From assembly GCA_038087875.1 (NCBI GenBank), contig CM075988.1:1178001-1242000 (forward strand): 64,000 nt of DNA. The letters are read 5' to 3'. The notes under the pieces were generated by a model. It was not told the origin of the DNA and made no database searches. It saw nothing but the letters and a program-made list of their open reading frames with translations. Origin of the DNA: Malacoraja senta (lineage: Eukaryota). The position numbers and the translations under genes were made by a program. Shown here piece after piece: positions 1 through 12,100 of this stretch. Positions within the stretch are counted from its first letter, which is position 1, and each line of letters begins with the position of its first letter.

Positions 1-1063
1 AGCCTATCCAAGTCACCTTTCAGCCTCCCAGCATCCTCCTCACAGCTAACACTGCCCCCCAGCTTCGTGTCATCCGCAAACTTGGAGATGTTCCATCAAT
101 TCCCTCGTCCAAATCATTAATATATATTGTAAATAGCTGGGGTCCCAGCACTGAGCCTTGCGGTACCCCTCTAGTCACTGCCTGCCATTCTGAAAAGGAC
201 CCGTTTACTCCTACTCTTTGCTTCCTGTCTGCCAGCCAGTTCTATATCCACATCAATACTGAACCCCCGATACCGTGTGCGTTAAGTTTGTATACTAATC
301 TCTTATGTGGGACCTTGTCGACAGCCTTCTGAAAGTCCAGATATAACACATCCACTGGTTCACCCTTATCCATTCTACTAGTTACATCCTCGAAAAATTC
401 TATAAGATTCGTCAGACATGATTTACCTTTCGTAAATCCATGCTGACTTTGTCCAATGATTTCACCACTTTCCAAATGTGCTGCTATCCCATCTTTATTA
501 ACTGACTAGCAGTTTCCCCACTACCGGTGTTAGACTAACTGGTCTGTAATTCCCCGTTTTCTCTCTCCCTCCCTTTTTAAAAAGTGGGGTTACATTAGCT
601 ACCCTCCAATCCTCAGGAACTACTCCAGAATCTAAAGCGTTTTGAAAAATGATCACTAATGCATCCACTATTTCTGGGGCTACTTCCTTAAGTACTCTGT
701 GATGCAGCCTATCTGGCCCTGGGGATTTATCGGCCTTTAATCCATTCAATTTACCTAACACCACTTCCTAGCTAACCTGGATTTCACTCAGTTCCTCCAT
801 CTCATTTGACCCCCGGTCCCCTGCTATTTCCGGCAGATTATTTATGTCTTCCTTCATGAAGACAGAACCAAAGTAGTTATTCAATTGGTCTGCCATGTCC
901 TTGTTCCCCATGATCAATTCACCTGTTTCTCACTGCAAGGGACTTACATTTGTTTTAACTAATCTTTTTCTCTTAACATATCTATAAAAACATTTGCAGT
1001 CAATTTTTATGTTCCCTGCCAGTATTCTTTCATAATCTATTTTCCCTTTCCTAATTAAGCCCT
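1..1063 (-). mobile_element. CR1 LINE ORF2 fragment (subfamily A), runs off window
   Basis: Broken RT-region ORFs ([34 protein letters not shown]); near-identical to copies at 5286-6240 and 48860-49900. Confidence 0.92.
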
Positions 1064-1076
1064 TCTTGTTCTTGTT

Positions 1077-1708
1077 CCCCGTGGTCGGGGCCTAATGAGC
1101 CTTCCGCAGTCGCAGAAACGGCGGCCCAATGTTTCAGGCCCTCTCGCCGGGATGATGGAATTCCGGCGTCGGAACGGAAGAATACTCTCAGCGGCTTGGA
1201 TTTTCCGAATCAGCCGCTTTCTACCAGAGACCACGGCTTCTGAAGTCCACAGATCGAACTGGGCGGAGCTCCAACACTGGCTATCCTCAGCGAAAGATCC
1301 CACGCCTCTGCGATGTTAAAGGCAGCGCCACCCGCAGCTGGAAGCTCCGCAGACCACAGCTCCACGGTGTTAAAGCCGGCAGGCCCAACACTCTGGAGCT
1401 CCAACACAGAGATCCACGATAAGGCATCGCCCACTCCGCAATGGAATTCAGTGCTGAGCCTCCGCTGAATCTCTGGCAGGAAAGGCCACGCCAATCCAGA
1501 TGGTAGGCCGCGAGGGGGGGGGGGGCGTAGATTCGGCGCGGAGAAAATACGCATCCTCGACCAGGTAGTGACTGAGAAGACGGTCCCCCCCCCACATAAT
1601 AAAGACTAAAAGACCTCCAAAACAAAACTTTTAGACACTAAAAATAACAAAAAGGATGAAAGGACAGACAGCTGCTGGTGAGGCTGCCACACACGATGGC
1701 GCCACCAC
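1077..1708. repeat. Unclassified GC/CpG-rich interspersed repeat, copy 1
   Basis: Shares colinear blocks with 28320-28928 (aaggcatcgccc.ctccgc, tggtaggccgcgagg, ctccaaaacaaaac, gaaagg.cagacagctg). Confidence 0.7.
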
Positions 1709-1722
1709 TCGTTTCACTGCCG

Positions 1723-1968
1723 TGTCCACCGAGCTTCACAGCTGTGTATCTCTGGCTTCTTAAAAGTTTGCTCCACTCCTTCTCCGCCCTTCTCCCCCCC
1801 TCTTTTAAAGGACTTACCGTACACTGTGCTTTCACCGTCTTCCATACAGCTTCCTGTTCATCGCAGTGTGTGCCTGTATCACATTGGCTTTGCACCGTGT
1901 GAATTTCACTCAGACAGCGCTCCCCCCGCTTGCCCAGCCCCCTGCATGCATAACGAGCTCGTGAAGGA

Positions 1969-2027
<59 letters not shown>

Positions 2028-2148
2028 TGCGTGCGTGTGTGTGTCACTCTGACAGCCGCCGTTCCAGTTGCCGTTTTTTCAGGCGACTGCCGGCAACTTG
2101 AAAGTCACTGGCAGTCGCCTGAAAAATCGCCTACGTGGGACAGGCCCA
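1723..2148. mobile_element. Partial PIF/Harbinger-like MITE (right end only) with (GT)n(GCGT)n microsatellite
   Basis: Ends ...cgcctacgtgggacaggccca followed by TTA; internal sequence matches 25850-26175. Confidence 0.75.
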
Positions 2149-2349
2149 TTAGCGTTTCAATGACGGGCCCTTCATCTGAGCACAGGATTTTTTCCAGTCT
2201 GGATCAACATCAAGAACAACAAACATCCACACGATACAAAACAAGACACAGAGTGCTGGAGTACCTCAGCGGCTCTGGCAGCATCTCTGGAGAGCATGGA
2301 TTGGTGACATTTTGGGTTAGGACCCTTCTTCAGACTCACTCACTGACCC

Positions 2350-2597
2350 GTTTAGTTTAGTTTAGAGATGCAGCGCAGAAAAAGGCCCTTCGGCCCACCG
2401 AGTCTGTGCTGACCAGCGATCCTTGCACACTAACACTATCCTACACACCAGGGACAATTGACAATTTTTACGGAAGCCAAATGGAATGTGGGAGGAAACC
2501 GGAGCACCCAGAAACTCCATAAAGAGAGCACCCGTGGTCGGGATCAAACCCGGGCGCTATAAGGCAGCAACATGACCGCTGCGCCACCGTGCCACCC
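2350..2597 (-). mobile_element. HE1-type tRNA-derived V-SINE
   Basis: Reverse complement of ggcacggtggcgcagcgg head, V-core ctccggtttcctcccaca and (taaac)n tail. Confidence 0.8.
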
Positions 2598-2834
2598 ATC
2601 GGCTGTGTTCCTCCAGCACTTTGTCATTTCTTGTGAAGCAGCAGCTGCTTTTCCTTATTTAGAAACATTGAAAATGCAGGAATAAGGCCATTTGGCCCTT
2701 CGAGATTCAATATGATCATGGCTGATCATCCGAAATCAGTACCCCATTCCTGCTTTCCCCCCCATATCCCTTGATTCCGTTAGCCCTAACAGCTATATCG
2801 AACTCTCTCACGTGCTATAAGCGGCCCCACTCAC

Positions 2835-3106
2835 CTTCCTCTTGCACTCTGCCCCAGCCGGTGATCCAGGTGACTTTGCCGATGGGGAAGTTGTGAGCTT
2901 CATCGGGCAGGCAGATGGGCTGCACCACATTGGTGAAGGATATGGGCCTATCCAGCTCCAGTAGTGCTATGTCATTGTCAAACATCTGTCGGTTGTAGTT
3001 CTGGTGAATGATGAGCCGCTTCAAACTCCTTGTCTGCACATTACCCGTCAGCTTGTTTTGCTCGTGTAATCCCATGTAGGCCATCCACTGGGTGTGGTCA
3101 GAGAAC
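2835..3106 (-). CDS. ST14: ST14 exon 17 (272 nt): protease domain with catalytic Asp
   Basis: ttgcag|GTTCTC...GGAAG|gtgagt; [16 protein letters not shown]...[13 protein letters not shown]...PICLP...[11 protein letters not shown]. Confidence 0.96.
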
Positions 3107-6100
3107 CTGCAACACACACACGGATCAGTGCCAGCGCCGGAGCCGGCAGTGACCGCACGGTAATGGGATGGAGTGGGCAGGGAGGGGTGGGGTCAGCAAG
3201 GAGGGGATGGGAGCGGGTTGGGCAGGGAGGAGCGATAGGGGGGGAGTGGCAACAATGGGGGGGGGAGGGGCAGCAAAAAGTTGGGGATGGGTGAGCAAGC
3301 ACCAGAGGAGAGTCAGTCAGTTCAGAAAGCCTTTGATAAGGTGCCACACGGGAGGCTGCTAAGGAAGAGAGCCCACGGTATCAAACGGCAGATACTAGCT
3401 TGGATAGCAGGTTGGCTGGATGGCAGAAGGCAAAGAGTGGCAATAAGGGGGGCGTTTTCTGATTGGCTGCCCGTGACTAGCGCAGTTCCACAGGGGTTGG
3501 TGATGGGGCCGTTACTCTTCACGTTGTATATTAATGATTTGGATGAGGGGATTGAAGGCTTTGTGGCCAAGTTTGGGGATGATATGAAAATAGGAAGGGC
3601 AGGTAGTGTTGAGAAAGCAGGAACTCTGCAGAAAGACATGGACAGGTTGGGAGATGTGGCAGATGGAATATGATGTAGCAAAGTGTGGAATCATGTATTT
3701 TAGTAGTAGGATTAAAGACGTAGATTTTAATCCCGCAAAGGGACTTGGGAGGATTTCCAAAAAGTTAACTTGCAAGTCGAATCGGTAGTAAAGAAAGCAA
3801 ACTCAATTTATTTCAAGAGGGCTTGTATACATAAACAGGGATATAATGCTGAGGCTCTATAAGGTATCAGTAAAACTGCATTTGGAGTGTTGTGAGCAAT
3901 TTTGGGCACCATATCTGAGGAAGGATGTGCTGGCTCTGGAGAGGGTCCAGAGGAGGTTTGCAAGAATGATCCCAGGAATGAGTAGGTTAACATATGATGA
4001 GTGTTTGACAGCACTGGGCCTGTACTCGTTCAGGTTTAGAAGAATGAGAGGGGGCCTCATTGAAACATACAGAATAGAGAAAGGCTTGGATAGAATGGAT
4101 GTGGAGAGGATGTTTCCACGAGTGGGAGAGCCTAGGACTAATCATAGCCTCCGAATTAAAGGATATTCTTTTAGGAAGGAGATGAGTAGAAATGTATTTA
4201 GTCAGAGGGTGGTGAATCTGTGGAATTCTTTGCCACAGAAAGCGGTGGAGGCCAAGTCAGTGGATATTTTTAAGGCAGAGATAGATAGATTCTTGATTAG
4301 TACGGGTGTCAGAGGTTATGGGGAGAAGGCAAGAGAATGGGGTTAGGAGGGAGAGATAGATCAGCCATGATTGAATGGCGGAGTAGACTTGATGGGCCGA
4401 ATGGCCTAATTATACTCCTTTCATTTATGAACATGAACAGGCAGGTAGCGATGGCTGGGGAGTGGGCAAGTGGGGATGGTGGGTCGGGGGAGTGGCGGTG
4501 GGGGGGATGGGCGGTGGGGGGATGGGCGGTGGGGGGATGGGGAGGTGAGTGGAGGGGAGAGTGACAGAACGAGATTGAGATTGACCCTACCCTCCAATCC
4601 TGTGACAGAGGGGAGTCTCTAACGGACGGCCCCGACCACCCTACCTGATCTTGCGTTCGTTCTGGAAGCAGTGTGCGGCAGACACGAGCCAGCGGGTGGA
4701 GATGACGGATGCCCCGCAAATGGTGCCCAGGTTCTGGAAGTGTAGACTGACCTGCCACGGCCACTCGCCTGCCTCTGCATCCTTGCCACCCACAATGCGC
4801 GAGTGCTTGTAGGGACGGGAGCCGCAGTCTGTGGAAAACCCAGACATTACACCGGGCTCCCACCGCAAACATGCAATATTACAACCCCTCAACCCCTAAT
4901 GGCAATACCCCCAACATCCCCCACCCCCCCAACATCTCAACACCCCAACCCCCCACACTCCTGCTCTCCCGCAAGGACACACACTCGCAAAGGGACCCAC
5001 GCTCCCAGCCCCACACCGCTCCTCACTCTGTAACCCTCTCTGTGGTTGGGACCACCATTTCCCCCTCCCCAGCACATTAAACCCCCCTATGCAAATGCCA
5101 CCCCTCAGCACAGCTGTCAGGGGTTATGGGGAGAAGGCAGGAGAATGGGGTTGAGAGGGAGAGATAGATCAGCCATGATTGAAGTAGTAGCCTTGATGGG
5201 CCAAATGGCCTAATTCTGCCCATGAATATGTACATAGGGCAGTGCAGCACAGGCCCTTCAGCCCACATGGCCTGTGCCCACCATTTTCTAAACCAACATG
5301 TAGAGGAACCAACGAGAGAGCAGGCTATTCTAGACTGGGTATTGTGAAATGAGGAAGGGTTAGTTAGCAGTCTTGTTGTGCGTGGCCCCTTGGGCAAGAG
5401 TGACCATAATATGGTTGAGTTCTTCATTACGATGGTGAGTGACATTGTTAATTCAGAAACAAGGGTTCTGAACTTAAAGAAAGGTAACTTTGAGGGTATG
5501 AGATGTGAATTGGCCCAGATAGACTGGCAATTGATTCTTAAAGGGTTGACGGTGGATATGCAATGGAAGGCATTTTGAAGACTGCATGGATGAACTACAA
5601 CAATTGTTCATCCCAGTTTGGCAAAAGAATAAATCAGGGAAGGTAGTGATCCGTGGATAACAAGGGAAATCAGGGATAGTATCAAAACAAAAGATGAAAC
5701 ATACATATTAGCCAGAAAAAGCAGCCTCCCAGAGGACTGGGAGACATTCAGAGACCAGCAGAGGAGGACAAAGGGCTTAATTAGGAAAGGGAAAATAGAT
5801 TACGTAAGAAAACTGGCAGGGAACATAAAAACGGACTGCAAAAGTTTTTATAGATATGTGAAGAGAAAAAGATTAGTTAAAACAAATGTAGGTCCCTTGC
5901 AGTCAGAAACAGGTGAATTGATCATGGGGAACAAGGACATGGCAAACCAATTGAATAACTACTTTGGTTCTGTCTTCACGAAGGAAGACATAAATAATCT
6001 GCCGGAAATAGCGGGGGACCGGGGGTCAAATGAAATGGAGGAACTGAGTGAAATCCAGGTTAGTTGGGAAGTGGTGTTAGGTAAATTGAATGGGTTAAAG

Positions 6101-9100
6101 TCCGATAAATCCCCAGGGCCACATAGGCTGCATCCCAGAGTACTTAAGGAAGTAGCCCCAGAAATAGTGGATGCATTAGTGATAATTTTTCAAAACTCTT
6201 TAGATTCTGGAGTAGTTCCTGAGGATTGGAGGGTTGCTAATTAGAGAAGGCAGGTACAGGATACTGAGTTGGATGATCAGCCATGATCATATTGAATGGC
6301 GGTGCAGGCTCGAAGGCCTACTCCTGCACCTATTTTCTATGTTTCTAGGAAATAGTAAAAATTGGAAAGAGCCATGGTTTTCAAGGGAAATTGGACACTT
6401 AGTTCGGAAAAAGAGAGATATCTACAATAATTATAGGCAGCATGGAGTAAATGAGGTGCTTGAGGAGTATAAAAAATGTAAAAAGAGTCTTAAGAAAGAA
6501 ATTAGAAAAGCTAAAAGAAGATATGAGGTTGCTTTGGCAAATAAGGTGAAAGTAAATCCAAAGGGTTTCTACAGCTATATTAATAGATAAATGGATAAAA
6601 TTGGTCCATTAGAGAGTCAGAGTGGACAGGTATCTGCAGAGCCAAAAGAGATGGGGGAGATATTGAACAATTTATTTTCTTCGGTATTCACCAAGGAGAA
6701 GGATATTGAATTATGTGAGGTAAGGGAAACAAGTAGAGTAGCTATGGAAACTATGAGATTCAAAGAAGAGGAAGTACTGACACTTTTGAGAAATATAAAA
6801 GTGGATAAGTCTCCAGGTCCGGACAGGATATTCCCTAGGACATTGAGGGAAGTTAGTGTAGAAATAGCAGAGGCTATGACAGAAATATTTCAAATGTCAT
6901 TGGAAACGGCAATAGTGCCGGAGGATTGACGTACTGCGCATGTTGTTCCATTGTTTAAAAAGGGGTCTAAGAGTAAACCTAGCAATTATAGACCTGTTAG
7001 TTTGACGTCAGTGGTGGGCAAATTAATGGAAAGGATACTTAGAGATAATATATGTAAGCATCTGGATAAACAGGGGCTGATTAGGAACAGTCAACATGGA
7101 TTTGTGCCTGGAAGGTCATGTTTGACTAATCTTCTTGAATTTTTTGAAGATTACTCGGGAAATTGATGAGGGTAAAGCCGTGGATGTTGTATATATGGAC
7201 TTCAGTAAGGCCTTTGACAAGGTTCCTCACGGAAGGTTGGTTAAGAAGGTTCAATGGTTGGGTATTAATGGTGGAGTAGCAAGATGGATTCAACAGTGGC
7301 TGAATGGGAGATGCCAGAGAGTAATGGTGGATGGTTGTTTGTCAGGTTGGAGGCCAGTGACTAGTGGGGTGCCACAGGGATCTGTGTTGGGTCCACTGTT
7401 GTTTGTCATGTACATCAATGATCTGGATGATGGTGTGGTAAATTGGATTAGTAAGTATGCAGATGATACTAAGTAGATTTTCAAAGTCTACAGAGAGATT
7501 TATGCCGGTTGGAAGAGTGGGCTGAAAGATGGCAGATGGAGTTTAATGCTGATAAGCGTGAGGTGCTACATCTTGGCAGGACAAATCAAAATAGGACGTA
7601 CATGGTAAATGGTAGGGAATTGAAGAATGCAGGTGAACAGAGGGATCTTGGAATAACTGTGCACAGTTCCCTGAAAGTGGAATCTCATGTAGATAGGGTG
7701 GTAAAGAAAGCTTTTGGTGTGCTGGCTTTTATAAATCAGAGCATTGAGTATAGAAGTTGGGATGTAATGTTAATATTGTACAAGGCATTGGTGAGGCCAA
7801 TTCTGGAGTATGGAGTACAATTTTGGTCGCCTAATTATAGGAAGGATGTCAACAAAATAGAGAGAGTACAGAGGAGATTTACTAGAATGTTGCCTGGGTT
7901 TCAGCAACTAAGTTACAGAGAAAGGTTGAACAAGTTAGGGCTTTATTCTTTGGAGCGCAGAAGGTTAAGGGGGGACTTGATAGATGTCTTTAAAATGATG
8001 AGAGGGATAGACAGAGTTGACGTGGATAAGCTTTTCCCATTGAGAGTAGGGAAGATTCAAACAAGGGGACATGACTTGAGAATTAAGGGACAGAGGTTTA
8101 GGGGTAACATGAGGGGGAACTTCTTTACTCAGAGAGTGGTAGCTGTGTGGAATGAGCTTCCAGTGAAGGTGGTGGAGGCAGGTTCGTTTTTATCATTTAA
8201 AAATAAATTGGATAGTTATATGGACGGGAAAGGAATGGAGGGTTATGGTCTGAGCGCAGGTAGATGGGACTAGGGGAGAATACGTGTTCGGCACGGACTA
8301 GAAGAGTCGAGATGGCCTGTTTCCGTGCTGTAATTGTTATATGGTTACATGGTTATATGATGCCCAGACCACCACACGTCTGCCTGTATGTACACAGCCA
8401 CAATGAACACTTACTGCAGTTGTGCTCGTCTGAGCCGTCGGGACAGTGGGGGGTGCCGTCACACATGGCATTCTTCTTGCGGATGCAGGAGCCATCCTTG
8501 CACCTGTAGGTGTGCTCGCTGCAGGGCACTATCATGTCAGCTGTGGCAACAAACACACGGGTCAGGCACTGGGTGGCACGGTGGCCCAGCGGGTAGAGCT
8601 GCTGCCTCACAGCGCCAGAGATACCGGGTTGATCCTGACTACAGAGTTTGTACGTTCTCCCCATCTCCTGCGTGGGTTTTCTCCGGATGCTCCGGTTACC
8701 TCCCACGTTCCAAGGATGTTCAGGTTTGTAGACTAATTGGCCTCTGTAAATTATCCCTAGTGCGTGGGAGAGTGTTAATATGCGGAGATCGCTGGTCGGT
8801 TTCCGTGCTGTATCTCTAAACTAAACGAAACTACGACCCCCAGTCCCAGTGTTGCCCAGTGGGCCATTCCCCCATTGCCCAGCCAGACTCCAGCATGGAC
8901 TGCAAGGGGTTAATCCCTCCAGCAACCTCCCCCCCCAATGGGACAAACACCCTCCAGTGGCCGAGACCCACCCCAGCAGCAACCTCAGGGCGGGGGGGCG
9001 GGGGGGGGGGAGGAGGAGGCGCGAGGGGGGAGGAGGAGGCGGTGTTGGGGGGAGGTGCGGAGCTCACTGTCAATGCAGTCCTTCTCGTCACTGTTGTCCC

Positions 9101-12100
9101 CACACTCGTTCACCAGGTTACATAGCTGCACCTTCGGGATACACTTGCCGTTCTCGCACTTCGTCTCATTAGCTTCACATACTGAAAACCACAGCACATC
9201 TTAATGACTCTCCCCCCCTCAGTCCCTCCCTCACTCACCCTCACACCCCTCCACCCTCACACCCCCACCTCCCTGACTCACCCCCTCAGTCCCTCCACCC
9301 CTCCCTCACCCCCTCCTCACCCCTCACCCCCCTCAGTCCCCACACCCTTCCCTCACACACCCCCTCCACCCGCCCACCCTCTGCCTCAATGGGGGGATTA
9401 CAGGGATGTGGAGAGACGTGTGTAGACAGTAGGGGTGGGAAGCCAGTGATAGCACTGAGAGTGCAGTGGGTACGTACCACAATGAGCCTCGTCACTCATA
9501 TCTCCACAGTCATTGATCCCGTCACACAACCACTGGGTGGACGTGCACAGCCCCGTGCCGCAGCGCAACTGGTTACTGGTGCAGTCTGCAGGGGAGTGAA
9601 GAATCATCAGCATGGTACCAAGAATCCCTACATCCTGCCTCACCTCCCTCCCCTTCCCTCCCCACCACCCCCCCCCCCCCCACCTCCACCCCGCTCCCCT
9701 CTATTACAGGCACACTCCTGCCCTCCGGCCATAAATCCCAGAACTACAGAGGGGAAAGGGCAGGCCATTCGGCCCATTCAGCATGTTCAGTCACATTCCG
9801 GGCGGGTTGGCTGTGACTCTCGTTCCCTGCTAGTACAGTAAGGTTGTCAGTGATGGACCATCGATGAGGGTGGAAACAAACCCCAAAACCGGTCCTCGCA
9901 GCTCTCAGTCCCACCGAGCTGTCTACAAACCACATGCATCATGAGGTTAGTCGCTGACTGCACCAACTCCAAACATCTCATCTTATAACAGGAAGCAGTC
10001 AATTCTCTGCTGCTTTAACTGTCTGAGAAGCAGGAATTCCGTTTATTATTGTCACGTGTACTGAGGTACAGTGAAAAACGTTATCCTGCATGCCCTCCAA
10101 TCAAAGCAGATGCACCATACATCAATCCAATCGAGCCAAACACATACAGTAGTTCGAGCAAATGAAAAGATTCAGAGTGCAGATTGTAGTTCTCAGCATG
10201 TCATCTACATAAACTCCCGTCTGAAGAAGGGTCCCGACCAGAATCGCTGCCTAACCATTCCCTACACACACACTGCCTGACCCACTGAGTTATTTTCTTT
10301 TAGTTTAGTTTAGTTTAGTTTATTGCCACTGAAAAGCTTTTGTTGCGTGCTAACCAGTTAGTGGAAAGACGATACATGAACACACATCAATCGAACTATC
10401 CATAGTGTACAGATACATGATAAAGGGAATAACGTGAATAATGTTTAGTGCAAGATAAAGACAGTAAAGTCCAATCAAAGATAGTCTGTGGGTCTCCAAT
10501 GAGGTATTTATTATCTCAGGATTGCTCTGTCAATGTGGTAGGATGGTTCAGCTGGTTAGAAACGGTCCCTGAATCTGGAGGTGTGGGTTTTCTCAGGTGT
10601 ACACCTTTTACCTGATAGGAGAGTGAAGAAGAGGGAGTGGCCAGGGTAAGACATCCTTGATTATGCTGCTGGCCTTGCCGGGACAGTGCGAGGTATAAAT
10701 GTAGTCAATGGAAGGGAGGTTGGTTTGTGCGATGGTCTGGGCTGCATCCACAATTCTCTGCAATCTCTTGCGGTATTGGCTGATCCCAACCAAGCTGTGA
10801 TGCATCCTGATAAAATACTTTCTATGGCCCATCCGTAGAAGTTGGTGAGAGTTGTTGGGGACATGCCGAACTTCCTAAGCCTTCTAAGGAAGTCGAGGTG
10901 TTGGTGTACTTTCTTGGCCATATGGGTGAACAAGTTCTCCAGCACTTCCCAAGATTCCACATCTGCAGTTCCTTGTGTCGACGTAATCCTTGATGGTTTA
11001 CCATGATGTGACCCCCCCCCCCCCACCCCCACTGATCCGGTACTATAAATACCTACCACAGTTCATCTCATCGCTGCTGTCTCCACAGTCATTCCATGCA
11101 TCACACTTCAGGTCATGTGCAACACAGTAGCCGTTCCTGCAGGCAAACTCCTCCGGGCATGCTGCAGGAGAAGACACTTTAGTGACTAACAGCATCTCCA
11201 TCCAGGCAATGCCCCTGGCCATTAACAGCAACGTTTGCAAATAAAATGAAACACTCGAGACCATCACCGAGCATATATGAAGAGGAAGGGGAAATACAGC
11301 CATGGAGATTTTACACTCTTGCAGGGCTAGGCTCAACTAGCAGACATGCAAAATATTCAATTAAACTGGAAATCTGGCTGCTGGAAAGCTGAAACAAAAG
11401 CATGTAATGCTGGGAACTTTCACAGGGTCGGGCAGCGAATGTGGGGAGTGAAACAGTCAACGCCTCCAATCAAAGGCCTTGAGCGCTCAATGGAGTATCT
11501 TTGGCCTGAAACATTCTCTTTCTACAGATCTGTGTAGCGGCTTAATGATGCCGCGTTCTCCAACGACGCGTGATTATTGACCATCAAGATGCAAAGTCAA
11601 CAGTTGTAGAGTTCATGGAAATGTGGGGTGACGAGTTGTTTAGTTTAGAGATACAACGTGGAAACAGGCACTTGGGCCACCGAGTTCACACTGACCAATG
11701 ATCCCCGCACTACCACTATCCCAGTGACACTATCCCCACACACTAGCAGTGACACAACCCCGCACACTACCACTATCCCAGTGACACTATCCCCGCACAC
11801 TAGCACTATGCCACAGTGACACTATCCCCACACACTAGCAGTGACACTATCCCCACACTACCACTATCCCAGTGACACTATCCCCGCACACTACCACTAT
11901 CCCAGTGACACTATCCCCACACACTAGCAGTGACACTATCCCCGCACACTACCACTATCCCAGTGACACTATCCCCGCACACTACCACTATCCCAGTGAC
12001 ACTATCCCCGCACACTACCACTATCCCAGTGACACTATCCCCGCACACTACCACTATCCCAGTGACACTATCCCCGTACACTATCACTATCCTGCAGACT

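Noticed and set aside
1..2834. ST14 exons 18-19 (GDSGGP catalytic Ser)
   Set aside because: The region is accounted for by repeats; absence reflects the window edge and is not evidence of a pseudogene
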